A stretch of 64,000 nucleotides of DNA from an uncultured Rhodospirillaceae bacterium (lineage in GTDB: Bacteria > Pseudomonadota > Alphaproteobacteria > UBA7887): contig CAYPAX010000005.1 in the NCBI GenBank assembly GCA_964408735.1, positions 374 through 64,373 of the forward strand. Reading direction: 5' to 3'. The notes under the pieces were generated by a model. It saw only the letters and a program-made list of their open reading frames with translations, had not been told where the DNA came from and ran no database searches. The translations under genes and the position numbers were made by a program. Positions 26,423 through 36,623 of this stretch are shown one piece after another. Positions within the stretch are counted from its first letter, which is position 1. Each line of letters begins with the position of its first letter.

Positions 26423-28222
26423 ATGACAGAGACTGCCAGCGACAGCGGGCTCGGCGAATTGCCGGGCTGGGACCTGTCCGACCTCTATGCCGGCCGTGAG
26501 GCTGCGGCCTTGACCAGCGATCTGGACGCGGCCGAAGCCACGGCGGACGATCTCGCCGAGCGCTATCGCGGCCGCCTTGCCGCGCTCGGCGGCGATGAGC
26601 TGGCATCGCTGCTCGAGGCCTATGAGGGCCTCGCCGACACCCTTGGCCGGGTGATGAGCTACGCCTATCTCGACTATGCCGGCGATGTCAGCGATCCCGA
26701 GGCGGGGCAGTTCCTGCAAACCATGCAGGAGCGGGTGAATGCCATCGGCACCACGACGCTGTTCGTCACCCTCGAGCTCAATCGCATCGACGAGGCGACT
26801 TTGGCCGGTCAGCTTGAGGCGCCGGAGCTGGGGCGCTGGCAGCCCTGGATTCGCGACACGCGCGCCTTTCGCGACCACCAGCTCTCCGACGAGATGGAGC
26901 AGCTGCTGCACGAGAAGGCCGTGGCCGGGCGCGGTGCCTGGGTGCGCCTGTTCGACGAGACCATGGCGCGGTTGCGCTTCCGTAATAACGATGAACGCTT
27001 AAGTAGTGCCGAGGCTTTCGACCTGCTGTCGTCCAAGGACGCCGGGGTGCGCCGTGACATCGCGGCCGAGATCTCCCGCGTGCTGTCCGAAAACCTGCAG
27101 ACTTTCGCGCTTATCACCAACACCCTGGTCAAGGACAAGGAGGTCGAGGACCGGTGGCGTACCTATGCCCAACCTATCTCTCAGCGCAACCTCGAGAACC
27201 TGGTCGAGGACGATGTGGTCGAGGCGCTGATCGCGGCCGTGCGCGAGTCCTATCCCCGCCTCTCGCACCGCTACTACGCGCTCAAGGCCAAGTGGATGGG
27301 GACGGACGCGCTCGATTATTGGGACCGTAATGCCCCCTTGCCCGAGGACGACGACCAGCTCGTGCCCTGGGACGAGGCGCAGGCCACCGTGCTCGATGCC
27401 TATCACGCCTTCTCGCCGGAGCTTGCGGCCATCGGCCGGCGCTTCTTCGACGGTGACTGGATCGACGCATCGGTGCGCCCCGGCAAGGCACCGGGCGCTT
27501 TCGCCCATCCCACGGTGCCCTCGGCTCATCCGTATCTGTTGCTCAACTACCAGGGCCGTGCGCGCGATGTCATGACCCTTGCTCACGAGCTTGGCCACGG
27601 CGTCCACCAGGTGCTGGCCGGGGGGCAGGGTGCGCTGATGGCGGAGACGCCGCTGACGCTTGCGGAGACCGCCAGCGTGTTCGGCGAGCAGCTCACCTTC
27701 CGCGCCATGCTGGCAGGCGAGAGCGATGCGGTGCGTCGCCGCGTGATGATCGCCGGCAAGGTCGAGGACATGCTGAATACGGTGGTGCGCCAGGTTGCCT
27801 TCTGCGAGTTCGAGCGTCGCCTGCACGATGCGCGGCGTGGCGGCGAGCTGACCCCGGACGCCATCGGCGAGCTGTGGATGTCGGTGCAGGGCGAAAGCCT
27901 CGGCCCGGCCATTCGCCTCGACGATGCCTATCGCTGCTACTGGTCCTACATCCCCCACTTCGTCCACACGCCGTTCTATGTCTATGCCTATGCCTTCGGC
28001 GATTGTCTGGTGAACGCGCTCTACGCCGTCTACCAGGACGCCGAGGCGGGCTTTGCCGAGCGCTATCTGGAGATGCTGCGGGCGGGCGGCACCTTGCGCC
28101 ACAAGGAGTTGCTGGCGCCGTTCGGGCTCGATGCCAGCGACCCGGCCTTCTGGCGCAAGGGCCTCGACGTGATCGCCGGGCTCGTCGACGAACTCGAAAG
28201 CGCCCTGGCGGCACCGGGATGA
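26423..28222 (+). CDS. pepF: Oligoendopeptidase F (peptidase M3B)
   Basis: WDLSDLY, GKAPGAF, TLAHELGHGVH, LAETASVFGE, HFVHTPFYVYAYAFG. Confidence 0.93.
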   Translation: MTETASDSGLGELPGWDLSDLYAGREAAALTSDLDAAEATADDLAERYRGRLAALGGDELASLLEAYEGLADTLGRVMSYAYLDYAGDVSDPEAGQFLQTMQERVNAIGTTTLFVTLELNRIDEATLAGQLEAPELGRWQPWIRDTRAFRDHQLSDEMEQLLHEKAVAGRGAWVRLFDETMARLRFRNNDERLSSAEAFDLLSSKDAGVRRDIAAEISRVLSENLQTFALITNTLVKDKEVEDRWRTYAQPISQRNLENLVEDDVVEALIAAVRESYPRLSHRYYALKAKWMGTDALDYWDRNAPLPEDDDQLVPWDEAQATVLDAYHAFSPELAAIGRRFFDGDWIDASVRPGKAPGAFAHPTVPSAHPYLLLNYQGRARDVMTLAHELGHGVHQVLAGGQGALMAETPLTLAETASVFGEQLTFRAMLAGESDAVRRRVMIAGKVEDMLNTVVRQVAFCEFERRLHDARRGGELTPDAIGELWMSVQGESLGPAIRLDDAYRCYWSYIPHFVHTPFYVYAYAFGDCLVNALYAVYQDAEAGFAERYLEMLRAGGTLRHKELLAPFGLDASDPAFWRKGLDVIAGLVDELESALAAPG

Positions 28223-29556
28223 GCGACGACGGCGGGCTCGGCGCGCGCGTCCGCCGCTACGCGCGGGTCTCGACCAAGGTCGGTGGGCTCGCCGCGCGTC
28301 TCGGCGCCGAGCGCTATCTCGGTGTCGCCATCGACCGTCAGCGCCATGCCGAGGAGCTGCGGGCGGCCTTGGGCGGCCTCAAGGGCCCGCTGATGAAGGT
28401 GGCGCAGCTGCTCTCGACCATCCCCGAGGCTCTGCCCAGCGAATATGCCGGGGAGCTGGCGCAACTGCAGGCCGACGCGCCTGCCATGGGCTGGCTTTTC
28501 GTGCGTCGGCGCATGGCGGGCGAGTTGGGTCGCGACTGGCAGGCCAAGTTCGGCGATTTTGGGCAGGAGGCGACACGCGCCGCCTCCCTCGGCCAGGTCC
28601 ACCGCGCCAAAGCGTTGGACGGCCGGGCGTTGGCCTGCAAGCTGCAATATCCCGATATGGCAGCGGCTGTGGAAGCGGATCTGGTCCAGCTCAAGCTCAT
28701 CTTCGCCATCTACCGCCGCTACGACCAAACCATCGACCCCGGCGAGATCCACGCCGAGATCGGCGATCGTCTGCGCGAGGAGCTCGATTACGCCCGCGAG
28801 GCAGGACACATGCGCCTATATGACAGCATGCTCGCCGACGAGCCTGCCGTGCATGTGCCCGAGGTGGTCGAGGACCTTTCGACGCGCCGCCTGCTGACCA
28901 TGACCTGGCTCGACGGCCGGCCGTTGCTCGATTTCGCGGACGCCCCGGCCGAGGCCCGCAACCGCATCGCCTATCATCTGTTCCGTGCCTGGTATGTGCC
29001 GTTCTACGATTGCGGTGTCATCCATGGCGATCCGCATCTCGGCAATTACACCGTGCGCGACGACCATAGCGTCAATTTGCTCGATTATGGTTGCATCCGT
29101 ATCTTTCCCGGTTCCTTCGTCAAGGGCGTGATCGATCTCTATCGCGCCCTGCAAACCGATGACGAGGCGCTGGCCGTGGCGGCCTATGAGGGCTGGGGCT
29201 TCAAGGATCTGACGCGTGAGATGATCGACGTGCTCAGCCTCTGGGCCAATTACCTCTATGCGCCATTGCTCGACGACCGCGACCGCCGCATCCAGGACTC
29301 GTCCAGCGGCGAGTATGGCCATGAGGTGGCGGCCAAGGTGCATAGCGAGCTGCGCCGCCTCGGCGGGGTCAGGCCGCCGCGCGAGTTCGTCTTCGTCGAC
29401 CGTGCGGCAATAGGCCTCGGCTCGGTCTTCCTGCACTTGAACGCGGAGATTAACTGGCACCGCCTGTTTGAAGGCCTGATCGAGGATTTCGACGCCGCCG
29501 CGCTCGACCGGCGCCAGGCCGATGAGCTCAAGGCTGCGGGATTAGATCGCCTGTGA
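28219..29556 (+). CDS. ABC1/UbiB (ADCK/Coq8-like) atypical kinase
   Basis: KGPLMKVAQ, AASLGQVH, KLQYP, EELDY, HGDPHLGN, LDYG; ATGA coupling. Confidence 0.92.
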   Translation: MSDDGGLGARVRRYARVSTKVGGLAARLGAERYLGVAIDRQRHAEELRAALGGLKGPLMKVAQLLSTIPEALPSEYAGELAQLQADAPAMGWLFVRRRMAGELGRDWQAKFGDFGQEATRAASLGQVHRAKALDGRALACKLQYPDMAAAVEADLVQLKLIFAIYRRYDQTIDPGEIHAEIGDRLREELDYAREAGHMRLYDSMLADEPAVHVPEVVEDLSTRRLLTMTWLDGRPLLDFADAPAEARNRIAYHLFRAWYVPFYDCGVIHGDPHLGNYTVRDDHSVNLLDYGCIRIFPGSFVKGVIDLYRALQTDDEALAVAAYEGWGFKDLTREMIDVLSLWANYLYAPLLDDRDRRIQDSSSGEYGHEVAAKVHSELRRLGGVRPPREFVFVDRAAIGLGSVFLHLNAEINWHRLFEGLIEDFDAAALDRRQADELKAAGLDRL

Positions 29557-30151
29557 ACGACGCGATCGCATCGATGGCTTCGGCGAGGTTCTGCTCGTGG
29601 TCGCGGCCGCTGGCTTTGCGGGGCTTGAGGTCGTGGTTGCCGTCGGCCAGCCAGTGGACGGCGATGGAGGGGGACAGGGCGTAGCCCGCGACGTCCTCGC
29701 GGTTGCCGAGCGCGTCGCGTTCGCCTTGCAGGATCAGCGTCGGCGTGGCGAGGCCTTCAAGGTGCTCTGTCCGCGTGCGCTCGGGCTTGCCGGCGGGGTG
29801 GAAGGGATAGCCGAGGCAGACCAGGCCGGCGACAGCGCATTCGTCGGCGATCAGGCTGGCCATGCGTCCGCCCATGGACTTGCCGCCGATCACCAGACGT
29901 TCGGCCGGGCCCAGCTCGGCGATCACCTGGCGCCAGCAGTCCAGCAGGATCGGCTGGCGGTCGGGCGGCCGGCGGCTGCCTTCGGTGCGGCGTCTTTGCA
30001 TGTAGGGGAACTCGAAGCGGACCACTTGAAGGCCGGCTCCGGCCAAGCCTTCGGCGATACGGGTCATGAACGGCGTATCCATGCCGGCGCCTGCGCCATG
30101 GGCCAGCACGACCGTTATCGGCGCTTCCTCCGGTCCGTCGCGCAGCATCAT
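29528..30151 (-). CDS. Alpha/beta hydrolase (KANL3/Tex30-like)
   Basis: AHGAGAGM, RFEFPYM, GGKSMGGR, LGYPFHP, QGERD, DGNH. Confidence 0.88.
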   Translation of the reverse strand: MMLRDGPEEAPITVVLAHGAGAGMDTPFMTRIAEGLAGAGLQVVRFEFPYMQRRRTEGSRRPPDRQPILLDCWRQVIAELGPAERLVIGGKSMGGRMASLIADECAVAGLVCLGYPFHPAGKPERTRTEHLEGLATPTLILQGERDALGNREDVAGYALSPSIAVHWLADGNHDLKPRKASGRDHEQNLAEAIDAIASFTGDLIPQP

Positions 30152-30255
30152 TCCTGCAGCCCCAGCGCGCGGAACAGGCTGATCAGCCCTATCACGCCGC
30201 CATAGGCGAGAAGCCCGGTTGCAGCAGCGATGGCAAAGACTTTGAGATGCGACAT
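30148..30255 (-). CDS. Putative 35-aa single-TM small protein
   Basis: MSHLKVFAIAAATGLLAYGGVIGLISLFRALGLQE; stop overlaps the hydrolase ATG (ATGA). Confidence 0.5.
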   Translation of the reverse strand: MSHLKVFAIAAATGLLAYGGVIGLISLFRALGLQE

Positions 30256-30375
30256 TCCTTAAGGATTACACAAAACAAAGGCGCCGGCCCAGCCGGACCG
30301 GCGCAAGGGGGGGAGGGAGGAAGTGACAAGGAAGGTAGGGCATTAAGCCCGGCGACACAGTGACGGCGGTCACGT

Positions 30376-30669
30376 TTAGTCGCCGGCATTGCTCCAGGCA
30401 TAGACGCCGGCGATGCTCAACGTGGCGACGATAAGGAACGGCACCACGAACATGGCGTAGGCCGGATCGATGCGCAGATTGGCGGCGACGATGCTGCCGA
30501 AACCGCGCAAAGCCGAGATAATCAGCGAGCTGTAGCCGGTTTGGTCGGCCGCACGAAACAGGCTGAGACCCACATAGGCGCAGCCGCCAATGGCCGCGAA
30601 ACAGCCCATCTGCCGCAGCAATTGCAGCGATGACGTTTTGAGATCGGCGCGAAACTTGGCAAGAACCAT
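30376..30669 (-). CDS. Hypothetical membrane protein
   Basis: About 97 aa with two hydrophobic stretches; GAGG RBS; fills the intergenic gap. Confidence 0.55.
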   Translation of the reverse strand: MVLAKFRADLKTSSLQLLRQMGCFAAIGGCAYVGLSLFRAADQTGYSSLIISALRGFGSIVAANLRIDPAYAMFVVPFLIVATLSIAGVYAWSNAGD

Positions 30670-30805
30670 AATGGCCTCTTTTCCCATGCCTTTCGGGGCG
30701 TGCGGGTAATGGAAATAGGGTTCTTGGCCCTTTTTGCCAGTGATTGGCGTCACAGGCTGCTCAGGATAGTCTGTACGGCAGACTTCGCATTGGGGACACT
30801 TCCGC

Positions 30806-31591
30806 ATGACATATGAGACCATCGCCCTGGAGATTGCCGACGACGTGTCGGTCCTGACGCTATCGCGCCCGGACAAGCTCAATGCCTTCACGGTGGAGAT
30901 GCATAAGGAGATCCGCCAGGCACTGAAAGCCATTGAGAAGGGTGGTGCGCGGGCACTGGTGATTACCGGTGCCGGGCGCGCCTTCTGTGCCGGGGCCGAT
31001 CTCGCCGAAGGCGATCTGACCACCGTAGAGGAGCCCGATCTCGGCGAAGGTCTGGAAAAATATTACAATCCCTTGGTAGCCAAGCTGAACGCCATGCCGA
31101 TTCCGGTCCTGGCGGCGGTCAACGGTATTGCCGCCGGCGGCGGTGCCAATTTCGCCCTGTCATGCGATCTGACCTTCGCTGCGCGCTCTGCCAGCTTTAT
31201 TCAGGCCTTCGTGCGTATCGGCCTGGTGCCGGACGTCGGCGGCTCGTACTTCCTGCCGCGCCTGATCGGCCGCCAGCGCGCCATGGCGCTGGCCATGACC
31301 GGCGAGCAGATCGACGCCGAGACGGCGGCGGATTGGGGCCTGATCTACAAATGCGTCGATGATGACGTATTGATGGACGACGTCATGGGGCTGGCCAGGC
31401 GCCTGGCCGCGGGGCCGACGCGCACCATCGGCCTGATCAAGCATCTGATGGCGGCCTCGCAAACCAATACCCTGGAAGACCAGCTGGCGCTGGAACGCGA
31501 TATGCAGCGCGCCGCCGGCCAGGGCGAGGACTACCGCGAGGGCATCCAGGCCTTTCTCGAAAAGCGCGCCGCCCAGTTCAGCGGCCGCTGA
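30806..31591 (+). CDS. paaG: 2-(1,2-epoxy-1,2-dihydrophenyl)acetyl-CoA isomerase (crotonase family)
   Basis: RPDKLNAF, AFCAGADL, YYNPL, NGIAAGGGAN, GLVPD.GG, EDYREG; adjacent to paaI. Confidence 0.82.
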   Translation: MTYETIALEIADDVSVLTLSRPDKLNAFTVEMHKEIRQALKAIEKGGARALVITGAGRAFCAGADLAEGDLTTVEEPDLGEGLEKYYNPLVAKLNAMPIPVLAAVNGIAAGGGANFALSCDLTFAARSASFIQAFVRIGLVPDVGGSYFLPRLIGRQRAMALAMTGEQIDAETAADWGLIYKCVDDDVLMDDVMGLARRLAAGPTRTIGLIKHLMAASQTNTLEDQLALERDMQRAAGQGEDYREGIQAFLEKRAAQFSGR

Positions 31592-31593
31592 CT

Positions 31594-32034
31594 ATGGACC
31601 CCCAGGCCATCGCCGAGGCCGTCTACGAGACCATGGAGCCCAACGACCGGGTCTTCGTCGGCCTCGACATGCGCAAGGTCTCGATCGCGCCCGGCTGTGC
31701 CGTGCTCGAAATGAACGTGCGCGAGGATATGCTCAACGGCCATGACATCTGCCATGGCAGCATGGTCTTCGCCCTCGCCGACACGGCCTTTGCGCTCGCC
31801 GCCAACTCGCACAATTACAACGCCGTATTGGCCAGTGCCGGGATCGACCTGATCGATTCCGCAAAGCTCGGCGAGACCTTGCGGGCGGAGGCGAACGAGT
31901 TGTGGCGGCGCAAGCGCACGGCGCTCTACGACATCACCGTCACGGGCAAGGATGGCCGCCTCATTGCCGTCTGCCGCGGCCGCGCCCACCGCGTTGCCGG
32001 TCAGCCGGCGCCGCAGCTGCCCGAAGCCGGCTGA
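31594..32034 (+). CDS. paaI: Hydroxyphenylacetyl-CoA thioesterase (hotdog fold)
   Basis: VREDMLNGH.ICHG.MVFALADTAFALAANS, LYDITVT. Confidence 0.85.
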   Translation: MDPQAIAEAVYETMEPNDRVFVGLDMRKVSIAPGCAVLEMNVREDMLNGHDICHGSMVFALADTAFALAANSHNYNAVLASAGIDLIDSAKLGETLRAEANELWRRKRTALYDITVTGKDGRLIAVCRGRAHRVAGQPAPQLPEAG

Positions 32035-32825
32035 TGCTGAACGAGACGCAATGTCGGCAGTTCGACGAGCGCGGCTTTTTGATTTTGCCAGGGGCGTTGG
32101 TCGAGGACGAGGTGGCGATCCTGGACGCTGCCGTCGGCGACCTCGCGCAGCGCGACGGACCCGAAGTGGCGCGTGAGGCCGACGGCTCTCCCCATGTCAT
32201 CTACGGCGTGCATTTGTGGGACGGGCGTATCGCCGCGCTGGCCGGCCATCCGGCGATTCACGAACCGGCGCGCCAACTTCTCGGCGGGCGCTTCTTCATC
32301 CACCAGTCGCGCCTCAATCTCAAGCAGACGGGCGGCTCGGTGGTCGCCTGGCACCAGGACTTCGCCACCTACCACCGCGTCGATGGCATCCCCGAGGCGC
32401 GTGGATTGGTTATTGGTGTGCTCATCGATACAGTCGGCGCGGCCAATGCGCCGGTGATTGTGCTGCCGGGCTCGCACCGGGGCGGCATCGTCTCGGAAGC
32501 GGTCATTGACGGGGCGGCATCGGACCACGAGGGCGCGGCGCGTTATCGCTACGACATTTCGCTCGCCACCATCGCGCGGCTCGCCGCCGCCGCAGAACCC
32601 GAGGCCGTGCTCGGCCCGGCGGGAACGGTATTCCTGATGCACGCCAATCTGGTGCACGGATCGAGCGTAAACATCCTACCCGCGCGCCGCGCCATCGCCT
32701 ATGTCAATGTCAGCCCCTGCGACAATCGCGGCGAAAGCTTCACGCGCCCCGAATATTACGCCGCACGCGATTTCGAACCGCTGGAGTTGAGCCCGCCCGA
32801 TTGTCTGCGCAGGGCGCAAATGTGA
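32034..32825 (+). CDS. Phytanoyl-CoA dioxygenase family Fe(II)/2-oxoglutarate hydroxylase (EctD/proline-hydroxylase-like)
   Basis: HQSRLNLK, WHQDF, PGSH, NLVHGS..N...R; TGATG coupling. Confidence 0.85.
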   Translation: MLNETQCRQFDERGFLILPGALVEDEVAILDAAVGDLAQRDGPEVAREADGSPHVIYGVHLWDGRIAALAGHPAIHEPARQLLGGRFFIHQSRLNLKQTGGSVVAWHQDFATYHRVDGIPEARGLVIGVLIDTVGAANAPVIVLPGSHRGGIVSEAVIDGAASDHEGAARYRYDISLATIARLAAAAEPEAVLGPAGTVFLMHANLVHGSSVNILPARRAIAYVNVSPCDNRGESFTRPEYYAARDFEPLELSPPDCLRRAQM

Positions 32826-32831
32826 CGGCGA

Positions 32832-33332
32832 TCAATCCTCGCGCTGCCAGCGCACGCGGACAAAATAGCCGTCTTCGTCGTAATCGAGGTTCAATTCGCC
32901 TTTGTAAGCATCGTGCAGCGCGTCGCCGATGCGGCGCGGCAGATGGATATCGGTGGTGGTTACCACCATGCCGCCCTCGACGCTGTTCATCACCATCAGC
33001 CGGTGCCCGGGGTGTTCCTGCTTTTCCCGCTCTTCGGTGTTGCGGACCAGGTTCAGGATCTCGTCCCTGTGCGCCGCGAAGAAGCCGCCGGCAAGGGTGA
33101 TTTCGCCCGCAGGATAGCGGTCGTTGATGCGCTCGCAGGCTTGGCACAGCGTCTCGTGCGCAGGCGCAGGCCTGAGCGACCAGCGCCAGCGGCCGTCCTG
33201 CCAGACCGCACCGCATTGCGGGCATACGGTCGGCTCAGGCAGCTTGCCGCGCGCCTTGTAGGGGTCGTGCGCGTGGTCTTTGACCAGGCGATCGCGGCGC
33301 GGCTCTCGCCGGGCAACGTCACGTGTCTTCAT
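32832..33332 (-). CDS. BCAM0308 family protein (NMD3-like, two CxxC)
   Basis: HDPY, EPTVCPQCGAV, GRW.W, LCQAC.RI.D.YPAG, TTTDIHLPRRIG. Confidence 0.85.
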   Translation of the reverse strand: MKTRDVARREPRRDRLVKDHAHDPYKARGKLPEPTVCPQCGAVWQDGRWRWSLRPAPAHETLCQACERINDRYPAGEITLAGGFFAAHRDEILNLVRNTEEREKQEHPGHRLMVMNSVEGGMVVTTTDIHLPRRIGDALHDAYKGELNLDYDEDGYFVRVRWQRED

Positions 33333-33412
33333 GATGGCCACCTTGGCGTGGGTCGGACAAACGAAGAGAGTGCCCCGGAAGCACGGTGTCCGCCATGACC
33401 TACGTCAAGGCG

Positions 33413-34219
33413 TCAGCGTCCCTTGAACTGCGGCCGGCGCTTTTCCATGAAGGCGGTGCGGCCTTCCGCATAGTCCTCGCTGTCGAAGCAGGCGCGCACG
33501 CGGGCCTCGATAGCGTCTACGTCACGCTCGGCAGGATCCTTGAGCCCTTCGCCGATGGCAGCCTTGGCGGCGCGCACGGTGAGCGGCGCGTTGTCGGCGA
33601 TGGTCTCGGCCAGCTCGCGCACCGTGGCGTCAAGATCGGCCACCGGCACCAGGCGATTGATCAGGCCCATGCGCAAGGCCTCCTCGGCGGTGAAGCGCCG
33701 CGCCGTAAACAGGATCTCCTTGGCCATGGCCGGGCCGACCAGGGCCGAGAGCTTGCGCAGGCCAGCGAAGCCGTAGCCGAGGCCGAGGCGCGCGGCGGGG
33801 ATGGAATATTGGGAATCGTCGCTGGCGATGCGGATGTCGGCCTGCAAGGCGACCGCCAGGCCGCCGCCGACGCAAAAGCCGCGGATCATCGCCACCAGCG
33901 GCTTCTCCAGGCTGCCCAGCGTTTCCTGGGCCGTCGCGGTGACGCGGTTATATTCCTCTTCTGCCTCCGCCGAGGCGCGGTGCGTTTCGAATTCCGAGAT
34001 ATCGGCGCCCGAAACGAAGGCCTTGTCGCCGGCCCCTGCCATGACAACGGTGCGTACGGCATCATCGGCCGAAAAATCGGCCATGATCTCGGACACCGCC
34101 TGCCACATCTCCAGCTTCAGCGCGTTGCGGCGCTCAGGATTGTTGAAGATCATCCAGCCGATGCCGCCGTCCTTACGGGCGATCATCTTGTCGGTGTCGA
34201 GGCTCAGCGTCTCCGCCAT
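33413..34219 (-). CDS. Enoyl-CoA hydratase/isomerase
   Basis: NNPERRNA, AFVSGADISEF, GFCVGGG, SEDYAEGRTAF. Confidence 0.92.
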   Translation of the reverse strand: MAETLSLDTDKMIARKDGGIGWMIFNNPERRNALKLEMWQAVSEIMADFSADDAVRTVVMAGAGDKAFVSGADISEFETHRASAEAEEEYNRVTATAQETLGSLEKPLVAMIRGFCVGGGLAVALQADIRIASDDSQYSIPAARLGLGYGFAGLRKLSALVGPAMAKEILFTARRFTAEEALRMGLINRLVPVADLDATVRELAETIADNAPLTVRAAKAAIGEGLKDPAERDVDAIEARVRACFDSEDYAEGRTAFMEKRRPQFKGR

Positions 34220-35409
34220 CAGATCACTCTCCGTGTGCGCAAATCCGCAACAGCCGCGTCGTCGAAGCCGAGTTCGGCAAGAATGGCATCGGTATCGCCA
34301 CCCATGCCGGGGGTGGGGCGGCGCACCTGCTCGGGCTGGGGCGTGCCGGTCAGATGCACGGCCTGGCCTACCACATGCATATTGCCGTGCTCCGGGTGGC
34401 TCATGGGCACGGCAATGCCGAGATGGCGCACCTGCGGATCGGCGAAGGTCTCGTCGATGCTGTTGATCGGGCCGCAGGGCACGCCCGCCTCGTTCATGGC
34501 CTCGATCCAGTGGGCGCTGGGCTTCTTGGCCGTGAACTCGCCCAACAGCGCATTGAGGACGTCGCGGTTCTTGGAGCGGGCATCGCCATTGACGAAACGC
34601 TCGTCGTCCGCCAGCTCAGGCGCTTCGATGACGCCGAGGAAGCGTTGCCACAGCACGTCGCCCGCGGCGGCAATGTTGATGGCGCCGTCGGCGGTGGGGA
34701 AGACGCCCATGGGAATGCCCGTCGGATGGTTGTTGCCGGCCTGGGGCGGCACTTCCGAGTCGATCAGCCAGCGTGCCGCCTGGAAGTCGAGCATGGCGAT
34801 CTGCGACTCGAGCAGCGAGGTGTGTACCCACTGTCCCCGGCCGGTGTGTTCGCGATTGAACAGCGCCAGCAGCATGCCCATGGCGAGATAGTTGCCGGCC
34901 GAAAGGTCGGCGATGGGAATGCCGACCCGCACGGGTCCCTGGCCCGGCAGGCCGGTGATCGACATCAAGCCCCCAAGCCCTTGGGCGATCTGGTCGACGC
35001 CGGCACGGTCCTTATAGGGGCCGTCCTGGCCGAAGCCCGAAATGCTGCCATAGACCAGGCGCGGGTTGCGGGCGCTGAGCGTCTCGTAGTCGATGCCGAG
35101 GCGATGCTTCACGCGGGCGCGGAAATTCTCCACGACCACATCGGCGCGGTCGGCCAGCTTGAGGAAGATCTCCTTGCCCTCTTCGCTCTTCAAATCGAGG
35201 GTCATGGCGCGCTTGTTGCGGTGCAGGTTGAGATAGTCCGGCCCGTCGCGGGCGCCGCCGAGCCCCTCGCTGCCGGGCTCGCTCGGCGCCTCGATCTTGA
35301 TCACGTCCGCGCCCCAGTCGGCCAGGTGGCGCACGGCCGTCGGCCCCGCGCGCGCCCTGGTCAGGTCGAGAACGAAGATCCCCTCGAGGGGAAGTCTCTG
35401 CTCGGTCAT
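34219..35409 (-). CDS. CaiB/BaiF class III CoA-transferase
   Basis: LDLTRARAGP, GADVIKIE, RNKR, VENFR, GFGQDGP, IADLSAG. Confidence 0.93.
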   Translation of the reverse strand: MTEQRLPLEGIFVLDLTRARAGPTAVRHLADWGADVIKIEAPSEPGSEGLGGARDGPDYLNLHRNKRAMTLDLKSEEGKEIFLKLADRADVVVENFRARVKHRLGIDYETLSARNPRLVYGSISGFGQDGPYKDRAGVDQIAQGLGGLMSITGLPGQGPVRVGIPIADLSAGNYLAMGMLLALFNREHTGRGQWVHTSLLESQIAMLDFQAARWLIDSEVPPQAGNNHPTGIPMGVFPTADGAINIAAAGDVLWQRFLGVIEAPELADDERFVNGDARSKNRDVLNALLGEFTAKKPSAHWIEAMNEAGVPCGPINSIDETFADPQVRHLGIAVPMSHPEHGNMHVVGQAVHLTGTPQPEQVRRPTPGMGGDTDAILAELGFDDAAVADLRTRRVI

Positions 35410-35411
35410 GC

Positions 35412-35822
35412 CTATTCCGCCGCTACGGGGACGCCTTTCTCGGTCTCGACGGCGATGGGAACGTAGGTGTAGGTCTTGGAGATGATCTGCCAGCGGCCGT
35501 CCAGCCTTAGCAGGCTGAGATAGTCGGTAAACAGCTTCGGCCCGATGGCGATCTGCAACCGCACAAGGGCCGACTCCGCGCCCGACTTGTCGATCGAGAG
35601 AATGCGGTCCTGGCGCCGCTGGCCCGACTTGGCCGGCGCCTCGCGCCCGGCGACGCGGGCATAGACCGCCTCCATCGGGTCGTCCTGCAAGGGCCCGTCG
35701 GTCGCCGTGTAGAGGTGGCAGGCGGGGTGGAAGATGCTCTTCAGCTTGTCGACGTCGCACTCGTAGAAGCCGTCGAAATAGGCGGCAAGTGCTGTGCTGA
35801 TCTCGTTATAGGTCGCGTCCAT
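35412..35822 (-). CDS. NTF2-like (lumazine-binding_2 type) protein
   Basis: YFDGFY..D...L..IFHP, FTDYLSLL..DGRWQIISK; GGAGG RBS. Confidence 0.85.
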   Translation of the reverse strand: MDATYNEISTALAAYFDGFYECDVDKLKSIFHPACHLYTATDGPLQDDPMEAVYARVAGREAPAKSGQRRQDRILSIDKSGAESALVRLQIAIGPKLFTDYLSLLRLDGRWQIISKTYTYVPIAVETEKGVPVAAE

Positions 35823-35837
35823 GTCGTCCTCCTGGTT

Positions 35838-36623
35838 TCAGTCTTCGGCCTTTAGCTCGGCAATGCCCGCTTGCAGCGCGCCGCCGAGCAAGGCGATGTC
35901 GATCGAATAGGCCACCATGCGGAAGCCGCGCGCCATCCAGGCGCGGCCCCATTCCACGTTGGGGGCCAGACATCCCGCCGGCTTGTCATGCTTGCGGCAG
36001 GCGGCAACGATGCGGCCGATGGCGGCATCGAAATCCGGATGGTCGAACTCGCCCGGAATGCCCATGGTCAGCGACAGGTCGTAATGGCCGACATAGGCGG
36101 CGTCAATCCCCGGCACGGCGAGAATCTCTTCCACGGCCTCGACACCCTTGGCGGTCTCGATCAAGGCGACGACCATAGTGCGGGCTTCAGCGCCTGTCAT
36201 CTTGGTCGGCACGTCGCCGCCGCTGTAGTCGTCATGGGCGCCGCCGAACATCGCCCCGCGCACGCCGCGCGGCGGATAGCGCGTCCAGGAGACGATCTCC
36301 TGGGCTTCCTCGCGGCTTTCGACCATCTGATAGACCAGACCCATGATGCCGATATCGAGCAGCCGGGCAGTTGTTGCGTAGGATTTGTCCGGCGGGCGCA
36401 CCAGGGGCACCAGGTTCTGGCCGCGGCAATAGGCGATCTGCTGCTTGATCTCCGCTTCGGAGATGCCGCTGTGCTCCATGTCGTAAATGACGTATTCGGC
36501 GCCGGCACCGGCCAGTACCGTGGCGATGCCGGGGCTGGCGAACTCGAACACCATGGTGCCGAAAGCTGTCTCGCCGCGGGCGAGCTTCTCCTTGACGGGA
36601 TTGGGGCGCATGGCTGTGGTCAT
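35838..36623 (-). CDS. HpcH/HpaI aldolase family protein
   Basis: DMEHS, LVRP, RYPPRGVRG, IET, VG.YDLS..MG. Confidence 0.9.
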   Translation of the reverse strand: MTTAMRPNPVKEKLARGETAFGTMVFEFASPGIATVLAGAGAEYVIYDMEHSGISEAEIKQQIAYCRGQNLVPLVRPPDKSYATTARLLDIGIMGLVYQMVESREEAQEIVSWTRYPPRGVRGAMFGGAHDDYSGGDVPTKMTGAEARTMVVALIETAKGVEAVEEILAVPGIDAAYVGHYDLSLTMGIPGEFDHPDFDAAIGRIVAACRKHDKPAGCLAPNVEWGRAWMARGFRMVAYSIDIALLGGALQAGIAELKAED

